This document shows positions 11,066 to 21,269 of a stretch of 64,000 nucleotides of DNA, piece after piece (within the stretch, counting starts at the first letter, position 1; each line of letters opens with the position of its first letter). A program made the translations under genes and the position numbers. Source of the DNA: Gammaproteobacteria bacterium (GTDB lineage Bacteria; Pseudomonadota; Gammaproteobacteria; Xanthomonadales; SZUA-36); NCBI GenBank assembly GCA_024275935.1, contig JAJRYF010000064.1, forward strand, positions 1,098-65,097. The letters are read 5' to 3'. The notes under the pieces were generated by a model, which was not told the origin of the DNA, did no database searches, and saw nothing but the letters and a program-made list of their open reading frames with translations.

Positions 11066-11178
11066 TTGGCTCAAAAAAAAGGGGGGGCGACGATGTTTTT
11101 AAATTCAGATGGCGGCGCTTTATTTAGGTGCTGGAAAAAGTAATTACCCGGTTGTTAGGATTATGCCTTTGTCAATTT

Positions 11179-12882
11179 TTAGTTAGCTTTGGCACTCAAC
11201 AAACTTATTATTTCATCCCTCTGGGTCAAGGCTAAAATCAGTAAAACATCACCAGGCTTGGCCCATTTTAGTGCTTTTTCGACACCCTGCGGCGGCGAGT
11301 CTGCGAGCATTATTTTCTCCTTTTCCAAACCCATATCTATAGCCGTTTGTTGAATAAGCTGTGGTACTTCATGTAATTCACGACCCCTTAAATACGCCTT
11401 TATCTCACACACAACTAATGCATCCGGCTTGGCTTTCATAGAAGATTTCACCAAACTTTCAATTGATGCATCCGTTCTGTCACCGGCTTGCGATAAGAGA
11501 ATCAGGCGTCTTTTCGCCGGCATATTGCTTATGGTTTCTACCATAGAGTTCAAACCATGCTCATTATGGGCAAAATCAACAATTGCCGTTATGCCATTAA
11601 ACTCAAAAACATTACCCCGGCCCGGGTTGTTTTCCGGGGTGTTTTTGAAACTACTTAAACCCTGACGAATGGAGGTAATATCAATTTCCATTGCAAAACA
11701 CAGCGCGATCACGCCCATTGCATTATGGGTGTTATGTTTTGCCGCAGCAGATAAAGTAATCGGGATATCATTGACTGCAATCACCGCTGTTTTTTGCCCG
11801 TCGCAGTGATAATAAATATTGCCTGCTTGCACATAACAAGCCGTGCCGCCGGCTTGAATATGCGCCTGTATAAGCGGGTTATCAACAGACCATGAAAACC
11901 AGACGATATGATTATTCAATGAATCAGCAAATGCAACACAAGCACGGTCATCGGCATTGAGTATAAGGTCCTGCTCAAGAGTAATCGCCTGGCGGAGAAT
12001 AAACTTGGTTTCGACCATATCACTGAGCGTATTAATTCCATACTCACCTAAATGATCCTCAGCCACATTGGTAATTACCACAGCCGTTGCATTGTTGACA
12101 CCAATACCGCGGCGCAACATACCACCACGGGCCACCTCTAAAAATGCAATTTCGGTATCCGGGTGGCGCAGTAATGTGCGGGCGCCGCCGGGGCCTGAAT
12201 AATCGCCGGTGTCTAAGATTTGATCGCCAACACGAATATAGTCAGTTGAGGTAATGCCGGCACTTTTGCCTGCCGCTTTAGCAACCGCACTGGCCAGCCT
12301 GACAGTTGTTGATTTTCCGTTAGTGCCGGTTACCAATGCCACCGGAATGCAATTAATGGCTTTCCAGTAGACCGTATCAACGGCAGGAATTTTATCTATC
12401 GGGTAAACCAAGCAGCTTGCGCCATAGCCCACAGAGGCTTCATTATCGTCGCTAAGAAAGCATACATTATGATCAAGGGCTGCCTGCTGCAGTGCCAGCA
12501 AAGACGGGTTGCTTTCTTCATCAATCGCTTGCTGCAATTTACTGATTAATGCTTCGCTAACACCACCCGATGATACTTCCTGTATTTCAGCAACTGTTAG
12601 TTCCCAGGCAGCTTCGGTTATTTCAGTAGCTGCATACAGGGCATCAATTGGCGCTGTAATTACAAGACTGATACCACCGGAATACACACGCGATGTAATT
12701 TGTTCAGAATTCCAGCCTAGAGCATCGAGTATTCCTCTACTTAGCCTCGTCCATTTTCCTACCACTACCGCGGCATCAATGTTACCTATTGAAACATCAA
12801 TTATTGCTCCGGCATCAGCCCAGAACAGGTTAGGACCGGTAAGCCGTCTGGAGTCCTCAAGCTTGAGGACAATTTCAGTCAT
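11179..12882 (-). CDS. Cyanophycin synthetase-like protein lacking the ATP-grasp domain (N-domain plus Mur-ligase domain; cphA-prime type)
   Basis: N-terminus has RRLTGPNLFW (CphA N-domain-like). A Mur ligase P-loop (VTGTNGKSTT) and later Mur-ligase motifs follow. The start overlaps the cphA stop by 8 nt (ATGACTGA). Confidence 0.8.
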   Translation of the reverse strand: MTEIVLKLEDSRRLTGPNLFWADAGAIIDVSIGNIDAAVVVGKWTRLSRGILDALGWNSEQITSRVYSGGISLVITAPIDALYAATEITEAAWELTVAEIQEVSSGGVSEALISKLQQAIDEESNPSLLALQQAALDHNVCFLSDDNEASVGYGASCLVYPIDKIPAVDTVYWKAINCIPVALVTGTNGKSTTVRLASAVAKAAGKSAGITSTDYIRVGDQILDTGDYSGPGGARTLLRHPDTEIAFLEVARGGMLRRGIGVNNATAVVITNVAEDHLGEYGINTLSDMVETKFILRQAITLEQDLILNADDRACVAFADSLNNHIVWFSWSVDNPLIQAHIQAGGTACYVQAGNIYYHCDGQKTAVIAVNDIPITLSAAAKHNTHNAMGVIALCFAMEIDITSIRQGLSSFKNTPENNPGRGNVFEFNGITAIVDFAHNEHGLNSMVETISNMPAKRRLILLSQAGDRTDASIESLVKSSMKAKPDALVVCEIKAYLRGRELHEVPQLIQQTAIDMGLEKEKIMLADSPPQGVEKALKWAKPGDVLLILALTQRDEIISLLSAKAN

Positions 12883-15141
12883 TCTCTTCTGCTCTTGCCA
12901 GGCGTACCCCGCGATCGTCTTTGATCAACTGCATGGATTCAATCATCTCCGAGTCGCCATCGGTAATCACATTTGAGACGCTGTTATCGCTACTGGCCTG
13001 GTTGGGTTTTTGCTTGTCTTTATTAAAACCAATAATTTGTTTCCAGCAACGGGCTATGTTGTCGCCAAAAATCAGCAACAAGTCACCCTCGGCTGCCATA
13101 TTAAGAGCAGCATCAACCGCATCCGCTTCATCCGCAACGACTTGTGTCTGATCTGCAGTAACACCAGGGGCTATTAGCTGTTCCTGTAACATCAGGGCGA
13201 CTTCCCGGTCCTGGCGGCCACGGCGGTTATCATCTGCTTTTAAGATATAGGCATCAAAATGTCCCGCAGCTTCGTTAGCCATATTCCGAATGTCTTCATC
13301 GCGCCGATCGCCGGGTGCTGCCAGCACACAAATTTTGCGACCACTGATTTCAAAACGGTCAATGGTTTGGGAGACCACTTTAATAGCCGCTGGATTGTGA
13401 CCATAATCGAGAATCACTTTAAACGGATGTTCATCATACTGATTCATCCGTCCGGGGGCCTGAAAGAAGGTGGAATCAAAAGTTCTCAGGCCATGCCGGA
13501 TTTGATCTAACTCTATGTCCATGGAATAACTTAAAGCGGCGGCAAACATGGCGTTTTGCACATTATGCTCAGCCTTGCCCTCAATGGTTGCGGGAATCAA
13601 GTGCGTCCATAGCAGTGGTGTGTGGCTACCATTGTCGTAAATGGTAATCATGTCTCCATTAATGCCCTGCTCCAGCACGAATGCCATGCCACCCTGTTTA
13701 ATATGCTCTTTGACCAACGCATGCTTGGGGTTCATAGTCACATAGCAGACTTTTTTAGCCTGAGTATAATCCGCCATTTTTAAACACAGTTGATCATCGG
13801 CATTCAAGATAGCAACATCTTCCGCCACCTCTACTACCACTCTTTTGATTTCCGCTAATTGCTCTAAAGTATCGACCCCACCAAGACCGAGGTGGTCAGA
13901 TGAAATATTCAAACAGGCAGACACATTGGTGTAACTGTAGCCCAGGCCAGCACGCACAATACCGCCACGGGCGGTTTCCATTACTGCCACATCAACCGTT
14001 GGATCCCGGAGTACAATTCTGGCAGCCATGGGGCCGGTCATATCACCTTTTACACTGAGATGACCATCAATATAAACACCATCAGTGGAAGTCGCACCTA
14101 CAGTGTGTCCCGCTGTCTTGAGAACATGCGATAACATCCTTGAAGTGGTAGTTTTACCATTAGTACCGGTAATCGCAGCAATCGGGATACGGCTGGGCGT
14201 ATTGGACGGGAACAGCATATCCATTACCTTACCCGCAACATCTCTGGGCTCGCCTTTTGATGGGGCAACATGCATTCTAAATCCAGGCGCAGCATTAACT
14301 TCAACAATGGCGCCGCCCACATCTTTATAAGACTGGCTGATGTCTTCTGTGAGGAAATCCACGCCACCTACATCAAGGCCAACTGCCATCACTGCGCGCA
14401 CTGCCATCGCCCGGTTATCCGGATGGACTTCATCGGTTAAATCGATGGCTGTGCCACCGGTAGAAAGATTGGCAGTGGATCGCAGGTAGAACAACTCATC
14501 TTTTTTGATCACTGTATCTGCGCTGAATCCGGCCTGCTCGATTAACAATTCAGCCTGGCGATCCAGTTCCAGTTTGGTTAAAACTTTTTCATGGCCGACA
14601 CCGCGACGGGGGTCTTCATTGACAATATCCATCAACTCAGCAATTGTGTGTTTACCATCGCCTATCACATGGCCTGGAACCCGTTTGGCAACAGGCTAAA
14701 CAGTAGCTGGCGGGCAATACGCGCCGACTCAAGCCCTACATCGCGCTGTTTATATTCAAAAACCATGGTGTAACAACCCGACTGCCCCTCAATAGACCGG
14801 GTTTTGCCGAAGCTTACATCTGAACCTGCCATATTTTGCAATTCGAGCACGGCATGCTCAAGAATATGCCCCATCCAGGTGCCGCCATCTTCTTTCAAGC
14901 GCCTAACAAAGCCGCCGGCAACACCATAAGAACAACCATGCTCATCAAGGCCGGGGAGGGCCTCAAGCAAGCCATCAACAAATTCAGTGCCGATTTTTCC
15001 TGAAGGCCATTGCTCCAATACACCGAGAGGCTTCGGCAGGGATTTGTAGAACTGAGTGCACTCGAGGATATAACACTGGTATGGGTTAATTCCCCAGAAG
15101 CAAGTATGTCTCCCCCATAGCGGTGGTAAACTGGTATATGT
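12875..15141 (-). pseudogene. cphA: Cyanophycin synthetase cphA, apparently disrupted: no start codon for the N-domain, and an out-of-frame internal deletion removes most of the ATP-grasp domain
   Basis: ORF 14665..15018 is the CphA N-domain (LEQWPS..LPGLDEHGCSYGVAGGFVRRL..GHILEHAVLELQ). ORF 12875..14668 begins inside the ATP-grasp domain (PVAKRVPGHVIGDGKHTIAEL...EVNAAPGFRMH) and continues through the Mur-ligase domain (TGTNGKTTT). The two pieces are in different frames and meet near 14690..14700. The N-domain frame is open back to a stop at 15142..15144, with no ATG/GTG/TTG before 15018. Confidence 0.6.
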
Positions 15142-15162
15142 TTATCCGTTGGGGTAATTTTA

Positions 15163-16383
15163 GTGTTTAAAATACCATTGCAAGAACCCACCTTAAAAAA
15201 ATATCTCTCCCCTGCAATATGGCTGTTTGCGGCGTTGTCGCTGGTGGCTGTTGTGGTGTTGCTTATACATCGTTCTACTACTGCAAATATAAATACCAGC
15301 CAGCAAGTTAGTCATAAAGTTGACTGGGGCGATGTTAGCCAAATAGTGCATGCCTACGGCAAGCTGGTTTCCAGCCAGAATAGTGTTGTTCTAGCCAGCA
15401 TAGACGGGGTAATAAAACAGATTCAGACCCTTCCTGGGGCTTATGTTGAATTGGGCGATTCGATTTTACAGTTGGACAACCCTAAATTATTACAACGCCT
15501 GGAAGAACTCAAACTGGAGAAACTTGAAGCTGATGCAAACCTAAGCAATGCCGAGGCGCAGCTTCGCCGGGATATTTTAAAGGCCGAAGTTGCAAAAGAT
15601 GAGGCCGCACTGGATCTCGAACTAGCTACAAAAACTCTGGCAATGCGCAAGGAGTTATATGACCAAAAGATTATCTCACGCCTGGAGTATTTGCAATCTG
15701 ACAGTAACTTTAGCAAGGCAAAGCTGCGATCCCAACAAGCACGCCGTGGTCTGCAGGAATTTGAACAGTCTGGTGATTCTCAGCTGCGTGCTTTTAAGCT
15801 GCGAGTTTCCGGGGCGCAAACCAGGGTTGTTAACATCCAAAAAAATATATCCGATCTTACAGTCAGAGCAGATACAGAAGGGGTGATAACCTCACTGGAA
15901 GACCCAATAGAGGTAGGCGCTTTAGTTAATATTGGTCAAATTATAGCCCGACTTGCAAACCCAAACTCACTGGTAGCAGAAGTTTATGTCTCAGCTAATG
16001 ATGCAGGTAGAATTGTGCTGGGTCAGTTAACCAGGATAACTATTGCCGGTGAAACTATTGATGGCGAATTGACCAGCATAGACCCGACCGTAACCGATGG
16101 TCAGGTCAGAACGGAAATCAAGCTGCTGGATGCATTGCCTGCTGGTGTACGCGAGAATATGGATGTGACTGCTACCATCCAATTGCAGCAAGTAGAGGGG
16201 GTAGTCCGTATTCCCAAATTCAGGCAGGGGTTGAAAGCCCACTCAAGCCTCGAAATTCTTGTTGAAACTAAAGATGGTGATGAAAACCGGATAGTAGAAA
16301 TGGGTCTGGTGGGGAATGATTATGTCGAGATACTCAATGGCCTCTCTCCAGGAGAGCGTTTTTATTTTATTCCTGCAAACTAA
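15163..16383 (+). CDS. HlyD/MacA-type periplasmic adaptor (membrane fusion protein)
   Basis: N-terminal TM segment, long coiled-coil region (LEELKLEKLEADANLSNAEAQLRR...) and a C-terminal beta-barrel-like region. It directly precedes the ABC ATPase and permease. GTG start. Confidence 0.8.
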   Translation: MFKIPLQEPTLKKYLSPAIWLFAALSLVAVVVLLIHRSTTANINTSQQVSHKVDWGDVSQIVHAYGKLVSSQNSVVLASIDGVIKQIQTLPGAYVELGDSILQLDNPKLLQRLEELKLEKLEADANLSNAEAQLRRDILKAEVAKDEAALDLELATKTLAMRKELYDQKIISRLEYLQSDSNFSKAKLRSQQARRGLQEFEQSGDSQLRAFKLRVSGAQTRVVNIQKNISDLTVRADTEGVITSLEDPIEVGALVNIGQIIARLANPNSLVAEVYVSANDAGRIVLGQLTRITIAGETIDGELTSIDPTVTDGQVRTEIKLLDALPAGVRENMDVTATIQLQQVEGVVRIPKFRQGLKAHSSLEILVETKDGDENRIVEMGLVGNDYVEILNGLSPGERFYFIPAN

Positions 16384-16401
16384 GGTATTCTGAAATTTAA
16401 T

Positions 16402-17097
16402 ATGTCGCACTTAATAACAGCCGAGTCAATAAGTAAAGTATTTCAAAGTGGTGCTATCGAGACCAAGGCATTGGATAACATTTCATTCAATCTGAATAAT
16501 GGTGAATCTCTGGCCATAACTGGTGCCTCGGGAAGCGGAAAATCAACACTTTTATCCATTATCGGACTGTTGGACTCACCAACTTCCGGAGCCTTGTATT
16601 TACAAGGCCAATTAGTTAGTGGTTTAAGTAACTACCAAAAGCGCATACTAAGGAACCGTGAAATTGGCTGGATCTTCCAAAACTTTAATTTAATCGGCCA
16701 CCTGGATGTGTTGGAAAATATTACTCTGCCGCTTCGTTATGATCCTAGGGTCAGTTGGCGAGATTATGAAAACATTGGAAAACAAGCATTAACTTCCGTT
16801 GGCCTGGCTGACAAAGCTACTGCCTTGCCGCAGCAATTATCAGGCGGCCAGCAGCAGCGGGTGGCAATTGCCAGAGCACTGGTCAATAAACCCAGCTTGA
16901 TTCTTGCCGACGAGCCAACTGGTAATTTGGACTCCAAGACCAGCACAAATATTATCGACCTACTGTTCACCGTTGTAGCACAAGGAGCAACCTTGCTATT
17001 GGTGACCCATGAGCCAGATTTAGCCCTAAGGTGCGATAGTGAAATAATTCTTAACGACGGACTTGTTAGTGATGCTAAGCCACCCATTACTGTTTGA
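16402..17097 (+). CDS. ABC transporter ATP-binding protein (MacB/LolD-type)
   Basis: Walker A GASGSGKST, signature LSGGQQQR, Walker B LILADEPT. Confidence 0.92.
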   Translation: MSHLITAESISKVFQSGAIETKALDNISFNLNNGESLAITGASGSGKSTLLSIIGLLDSPTSGALYLQGQLVSGLSNYQKRILRNREIGWIFQNFNLIGHLDVLENITLPLRYDPRVSWRDYENIGKQALTSVGLADKATALPQQLSGGQQQRVAIARALVNKPSLILADEPTGNLDSKTSTNIIDLLFTVVAQGATLLLVTHEPDLALRCDSEIILNDGLVSDAKPPITV

Positions 17098-19474
17098 GCT
17101 AGCCACAGAGTGGCGCACCTGGAAGGGGCAGTGGTTTAAATATTTGATCCTCCTATTCGGCTTCTCTTTATTGGCCGTATTGCTTGCAATGGGTTTAAGA
17201 ATTGGCGAGTTACTGTTTATTGACCCACCAGCATGGGTTAATAGTGATAAACACAAAAACCTCTACACGCTAAGCCGGTATCACCAGAAGGTGGGTATGC
17301 ATGGGGTAAGCTTAAATACAATTGAAGGACTCAAGGGAATCCCTGGAATTGAGAGCATCGCTTATATTGCCTTTCGTAGCCGCAGCATTAAGCACCAGGG
17401 AACTTTATTTGATAGCACCGAAATTGCTTACTTTTCAGAAAGTTTCCGGAACCAGATAAGTCTGAAGTTTCCCACTAAAGAAGGGGTGGCAGAAAGCCAA
17501 CTTGCTTGGGTTTCGACACGATTTTTCGAGCAAGAACTGAAAGGAAATCCGGCGGTCATTGGCTCTACCATACGCATCACAAGAAACCCGGTGCCGCTTA
17601 TTATTGCAGGAGTTCTTCCGCCTGAATTGAACCGGCTAGGTAAGAACCAGCCCGATATCTGGGTTAACGATAAGAACCTTCGTTACCATACCCCGTTCGT
17701 TGCCCCTCCAGTTGGAAGTAACAATCCAGAAAAAGAAAAAATCCTCAATAAATTCTTGCGAAATGCACCTATCTACTATGTGATTTTTGCTTTAGAGAAA
17801 GCGATTGACCCAGCTGAAATTCAGCAAATAGTTGCGGCAAATTTTACTGTTGATTCAGCAATGACTTTTAGCATGCCAGGTTCGGAGCTAAGAGTACAAC
17901 AAGGGGTAGTATTCGACCCAGAGACAAAGCAAGCCTTAAAAAATCAATGGTTGGCTTTGTTGGCTCTAATCTTGGCACTCAGCATTATATTAACCATCAA
18001 CGCGTTAACCCTGTTCGGCGGCCATATTGTTATGCACTGGCGCAGCATTAAAACCAAAAGAATTTTGGGGGCCAGCCAAAAGAGTTTCTTGTTATCAGAT
18101 CTCTGGAGCCTGGCATTACCACTTATATTTCTCACTTTATTTTCGTATGTGCTATTACTTTTGGGTGAGAAAACCATCAACTTCTCAGAGCTGTATAAAA
18201 GCTTTGCTGGCAACACCAGGTTTTCTGTCTCAGCCCCAATCTGGGCGGCATCCCTGTTACTAACCTTTGTGGTGCTATACCTTTCCAAAGCTATGCAGGT
18301 GCTAAACTTTTCTGAAGAAAAACTCTTTGACCGGGCATTTGGGAACAGCAAAACCCGATCACAACTATTGCTCGCGGATTTATTCCTGGTAATTCAACTG
18401 GCGGGTGGATTTCTTATTGCCAGTATTGCTGCATCTATGGCGCTGTCTGAATGGCAAAGTCAAAGTGCCGTCAGTATTGATCGCTCAGTAACTGAAGTAA
18501 AGATAAGCTATAACGGTGATGCAAAAATTCCGAACTCCCTTTATAGCGGCAGGTTTCCCGGACTATCTTCTATTCCAGTAGGGGCTTCAATCCCTGGATT
18601 CCAGGAGCCGCTCACCGCTTCGATTAAGCGTGCCGGTACAAAAACCAGTGTCTCAGTAAATGCAATATATGTAAGCGAGAACTACTTTGACTTACTTGCA
18701 GTAAATAAAGTTACCTGGTCTGGTAGCTGGCCAAATGGTGTGATTGTCAGCCGGAGTCTAGCCAGCGTGCTGGCAGAGAAAGAGGATTATTCTGATTTAG
18801 AAGCTGCTCCCGTGGCAGTTAAGATGTTGTTCGAGAAGACCTATCCGATAGTAGGTGTTATCGATGACATTCCTCATTTTGGGGTCTCACAACGCGGTGA
18901 CCCTATGGTTTATCTACCGATATCAGCTGCCTTTCTGAATAATAATATGGCGCTTATTAGTAAACCTGAGCATGCAGAAGCACTTGCTGATGCGGCAAAC
19001 TTGTGGGCGCAGAAAAATCTTTTAAACCCCAGAATCTCACCAATTGAGAGTTTGGATGAGATAATTCGACAAACAGATAGTCTGCGTCTAGGGTTTCTGG
19101 CAGCAACCCTAGCAGTCAGTTTGCTAATCAACATACTGATATTCATCAGTATAAGTTACCAAATCAAGTCTCGAATCAAAATGACAGAGCATGAATATGG
19201 GGTCCGGATGGTCTATGGATGCTCAGCATCTCACTTGATTCTAGTTGCCTGCCGGGATTGCTTTCTGGCCTTGCTAGTGGCTGTTCCTATAGCCACCGCC
19301 GGTTTATGGTGGCTGGATTCCAGATATGCGCAATTCCTTGATGTTCCATTACTTAGGGTAAGCGTACTTCCGCCTGTAGTGCTAATTACCGCTCTACTTA
19401 TTTTACTTGCAGCTACAGTGCCAATAGCATCACTACTCAAGAAGTCATTGTTCGGTTTGATGCGGCATACATAG
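17072..19474 (+). CDS. ABC transporter permease with two FtsX-like domains (MacB/YbbP-type)
   Basis: About 800 aa with two blocks of four TM helices, each preceded by a large extracytoplasmic loop. The start is placed at the ATG at 17072, overlapping the ATPase stop. Confidence 0.8.
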   Translation: MLSHPLLFELATEWRTWKGQWFKYLILLFGFSLLAVLLAMGLRIGELLFIDPPAWVNSDKHKNLYTLSRYHQKVGMHGVSLNTIEGLKGIPGIESIAYIAFRSRSIKHQGTLFDSTEIAYFSESFRNQISLKFPTKEGVAESQLAWVSTRFFEQELKGNPAVIGSTIRITRNPVPLIIAGVLPPELNRLGKNQPDIWVNDKNLRYHTPFVAPPVGSNNPEKEKILNKFLRNAPIYYVIFALEKAIDPAEIQQIVAANFTVDSAMTFSMPGSELRVQQGVVFDPETKQALKNQWLALLALILALSIILTINALTLFGGHIVMHWRSIKTKRILGASQKSFLLSDLWSLALPLIFLTLFSYVLLLLGEKTINFSELYKSFAGNTRFSVSAPIWAASLLLTFVVLYLSKAMQVLNFSEEKLFDRAFGNSKTRSQLLLADLFLVIQLAGGFLIASIAASMALSEWQSQSAVSIDRSVTEVKISYNGDAKIPNSLYSGRFPGLSSIPVGASIPGFQEPLTASIKRAGTKTSVSVNAIYVSENYFDLLAVNKVTWSGSWPNGVIVSRSLASVLAEKEDYSDLEAAPVAVKMLFEKTYPIVGVIDDIPHFGVSQRGDPMVYLPISAAFLNNNMALISKPEHAEALADAANLWAQKNLLNPRISPIESLDEIIRQTDSLRLGFLAATLAVSLLINILIFISISYQIKSRIKMTEHEYGVRMVYGCSASHLILVACRDCFLALLVAVPIATAGLWWLDSRYAQFLDVPLLRVSVLPPVVLITALLILLAATVPIASLLKKSLFGLMRHT

Positions 19475-19589
19475 CTCTAACTGTGCCTGCACTGAGGCTC
19501 AACCATTGCCCTCAATCACGAAAACCCCCATAGAGTTAACTATGAGGGTTCTCGGGTAGGTTCCGTGTGAATGTTAAATAATGGGTTTT

Positions 19590-20972
19590 CTAGAAAACAT
19601 CCTGAGGGACTTTAAACCTATCACCCAAGCTGTTCACAGTCGCTTTCCCTGTCTTAGAGGAATTTGTCTCAGAGGGAATAATGGGTAAGGGACCAAGTAT
19701 ATAATTACTAACCCCTAGATCTTCTACATTAAAGTCTTGATTCGGCCCAACAATACTAAGGCTGGTTTGGTTACCAAGAAAAACATCACCACCAGCAGAT
19801 ATTGTATCTTCCATTCTAGTGTTAGCAGTGATAGTCCAGTCGGTAACACCTCGGTCCCCGTCTATAATTATTGGTGCATAGTCTGGCGACATAAACTGGT
19901 TTGCTGAGATACTTCCGTTAGAAACATCAAATGCATGCACACTTACGGTATTTTGCAAATCAAACACATTGCCACTGACTACCCCGGTAATTTCAGACCT
20001 GGCGTCCCCATATTGTGCAAATACCACAGCCCAACCACTAGATAAAGTGTCCGTAGCTATTTCAAACAAATTCCTACTAACCAGGATATTATTTTTTGCG
20101 GGTACATTTACGCCACTAGAGATTATAAATACGCCAACAGACTCATTTCCATCTGTAACCGAGTTTGTGATGGTGTTTTTAAAGATCGTGGTGCTCTGGT
20201 TGGAGTTGCGCATAAGAACACCATACAGGTTATCTGTAAACTGATTAAAGCTCACATCAACTTGCGCTCCTCCGTGCATTGCAATCTGAGCACCAATGTT
20301 TACATTCTCTACCCCGCTTCGGTGCATTCTGAATGTTCCCAGCAGATTCGTATTACACGACCCCGGAAAGACCACACCTTCTGCTTGTACAACAATAGCA
20401 GCCCGTGGGCCATTTTCATAATCACTACTATTCAGGATATCTACGCGATCAACAACACCAAATATTACTTCGTTGCTACAGTTAGACGAACGCGCAAGAC
20501 CACCGGTAAAATGAACTACGCTTCTAAGTTGCCGACCGTCTTGGCATGATTCGCCAGCAATTATTTGCAGCGTATTTAAGCTTGGCTTACCACCAGCAAA
20601 TTTTAAGGCCGAACTGATTCTCTTCTGGCTAAGCTCTCCCTGACAATAGATTGAGAAATCTTTTACCAGTAAGCGCGTGCTAGATCTGGACCTCCCTTTC
20701 AGGGTACCATTAAAATTATAGGCAATGATTTCACTGATGTAATAATCCCCCTGACCAAGGCGTACCACCGGAACACCCATCTGGGTAGCTACATCCAGAG
20801 CACATTGCAGGTTTACGGTATCATCATCGTTTGTAGGGGCTACTTCAATTATTAGTTTCGAATCACTCATCGATACATAGGAATCATTGCAGCCAACGCT
20901 GGTACTTGCAGTTGCATTAAAACTTATGCTAAGAATGACTAGGCCAAATAGTTTTTGGTTGAAATTAAACAT
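19590..20972 (-). CDS. Secreted right-handed parallel beta-helix repeat protein (paralog 1)
   Basis: Start moved to the ATG at 20972, which follows AAGGAG by 8 nt. It has a signal peptide and an N-terminal pectate-lyase-3-like segment (DDDTVNLQCALDVATQMGVPVVRLGQGDYYIS). Repeated short Asn/Gly/Val-rich rungs follow. Confidence 0.6.
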   Translation of the reverse strand: MFNFNQKLFGLVILSISFNATASTSVGCNDSYVSMSDSKLIIEVAPTNDDDTVNLQCALDVATQMGVPVVRLGQGDYYISEIIAYNFNGTLKGRSRSSTRLLVKDFSIYCQGELSQKRISSALKFAGGKPSLNTLQIIAGESCQDGRQLRSVVHFTGGLARSSNCSNEVIFGVVDRVDILNSSDYENGPRAAIVVQAEGVVFPGSCNTNLLGTFRMHRSGVENVNIGAQIAMHGGAQVDVSFNQFTDNLYGVLMRNSNQSTTIFKNTITNSVTDGNESVGVFIISSGVNVPAKNNILVSRNLFEIATDTLSSGWAVVFAQYGDARSEITGVVSGNVFDLQNTVSVHAFDVSNGSISANQFMSPDYAPIIIDGDRGVTDWTITANTRMEDTISAGGDVFLGNQTSLSIVGPNQDFNVEDLGVSNYILGPLPIIPSETNSSKTGKATVNSLGDRFKVPQDVF

Positions 20973-21070
20973 GACATTTTCTCCTTTATTTAATAGTCGA
21001 ACCACCTGATAATATACCAAAATGATGATATAGATCGGACATTTGCACCAAAACTATTAGCCTGCAATTG

Positions 21071-21083
21071 AATGATAATCATT
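21071..21083. promoter_or_regulatory. Fur-box-like palindrome upstream of beta-helix paralog 1
   Basis: AATGATAATCATT equals positions 4-16 of the 19-bp Fur consensus GATAATGATAATCATTATC. With the flanks, 14 of 19 positions match. It lies about 100 bp upstream of the ATG at 20972. Confidence 0.5.
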
Positions 21084-21269
21084 CGCCTGCGACTCTCAAG
21101 GCCAATTTAATACCGGTACATACACACAAATGAGGCCGGTCAGTCAATTTTGCTGGATAATGTTTGGGTGGTGTTAGAGCCCTATCTTGTTGGCCAATAG
21201 AATTCTATCTCGTCCTTTAGCCACAGAATTAAGCGCCAAGCAACTGCACAAATTATTAAACCAACCGAG

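Noticed and set aside
12509-12976. A 155-aa plus-strand ORF, and many similar 60-180 aa ORFs antisense to long genes throughout the window (for example 41420..41959, 42176..42865, 43307..43870)
   Set aside because: These are typical antisense shadow ORFs inside well-supported genes. They have no start context and no motifs.
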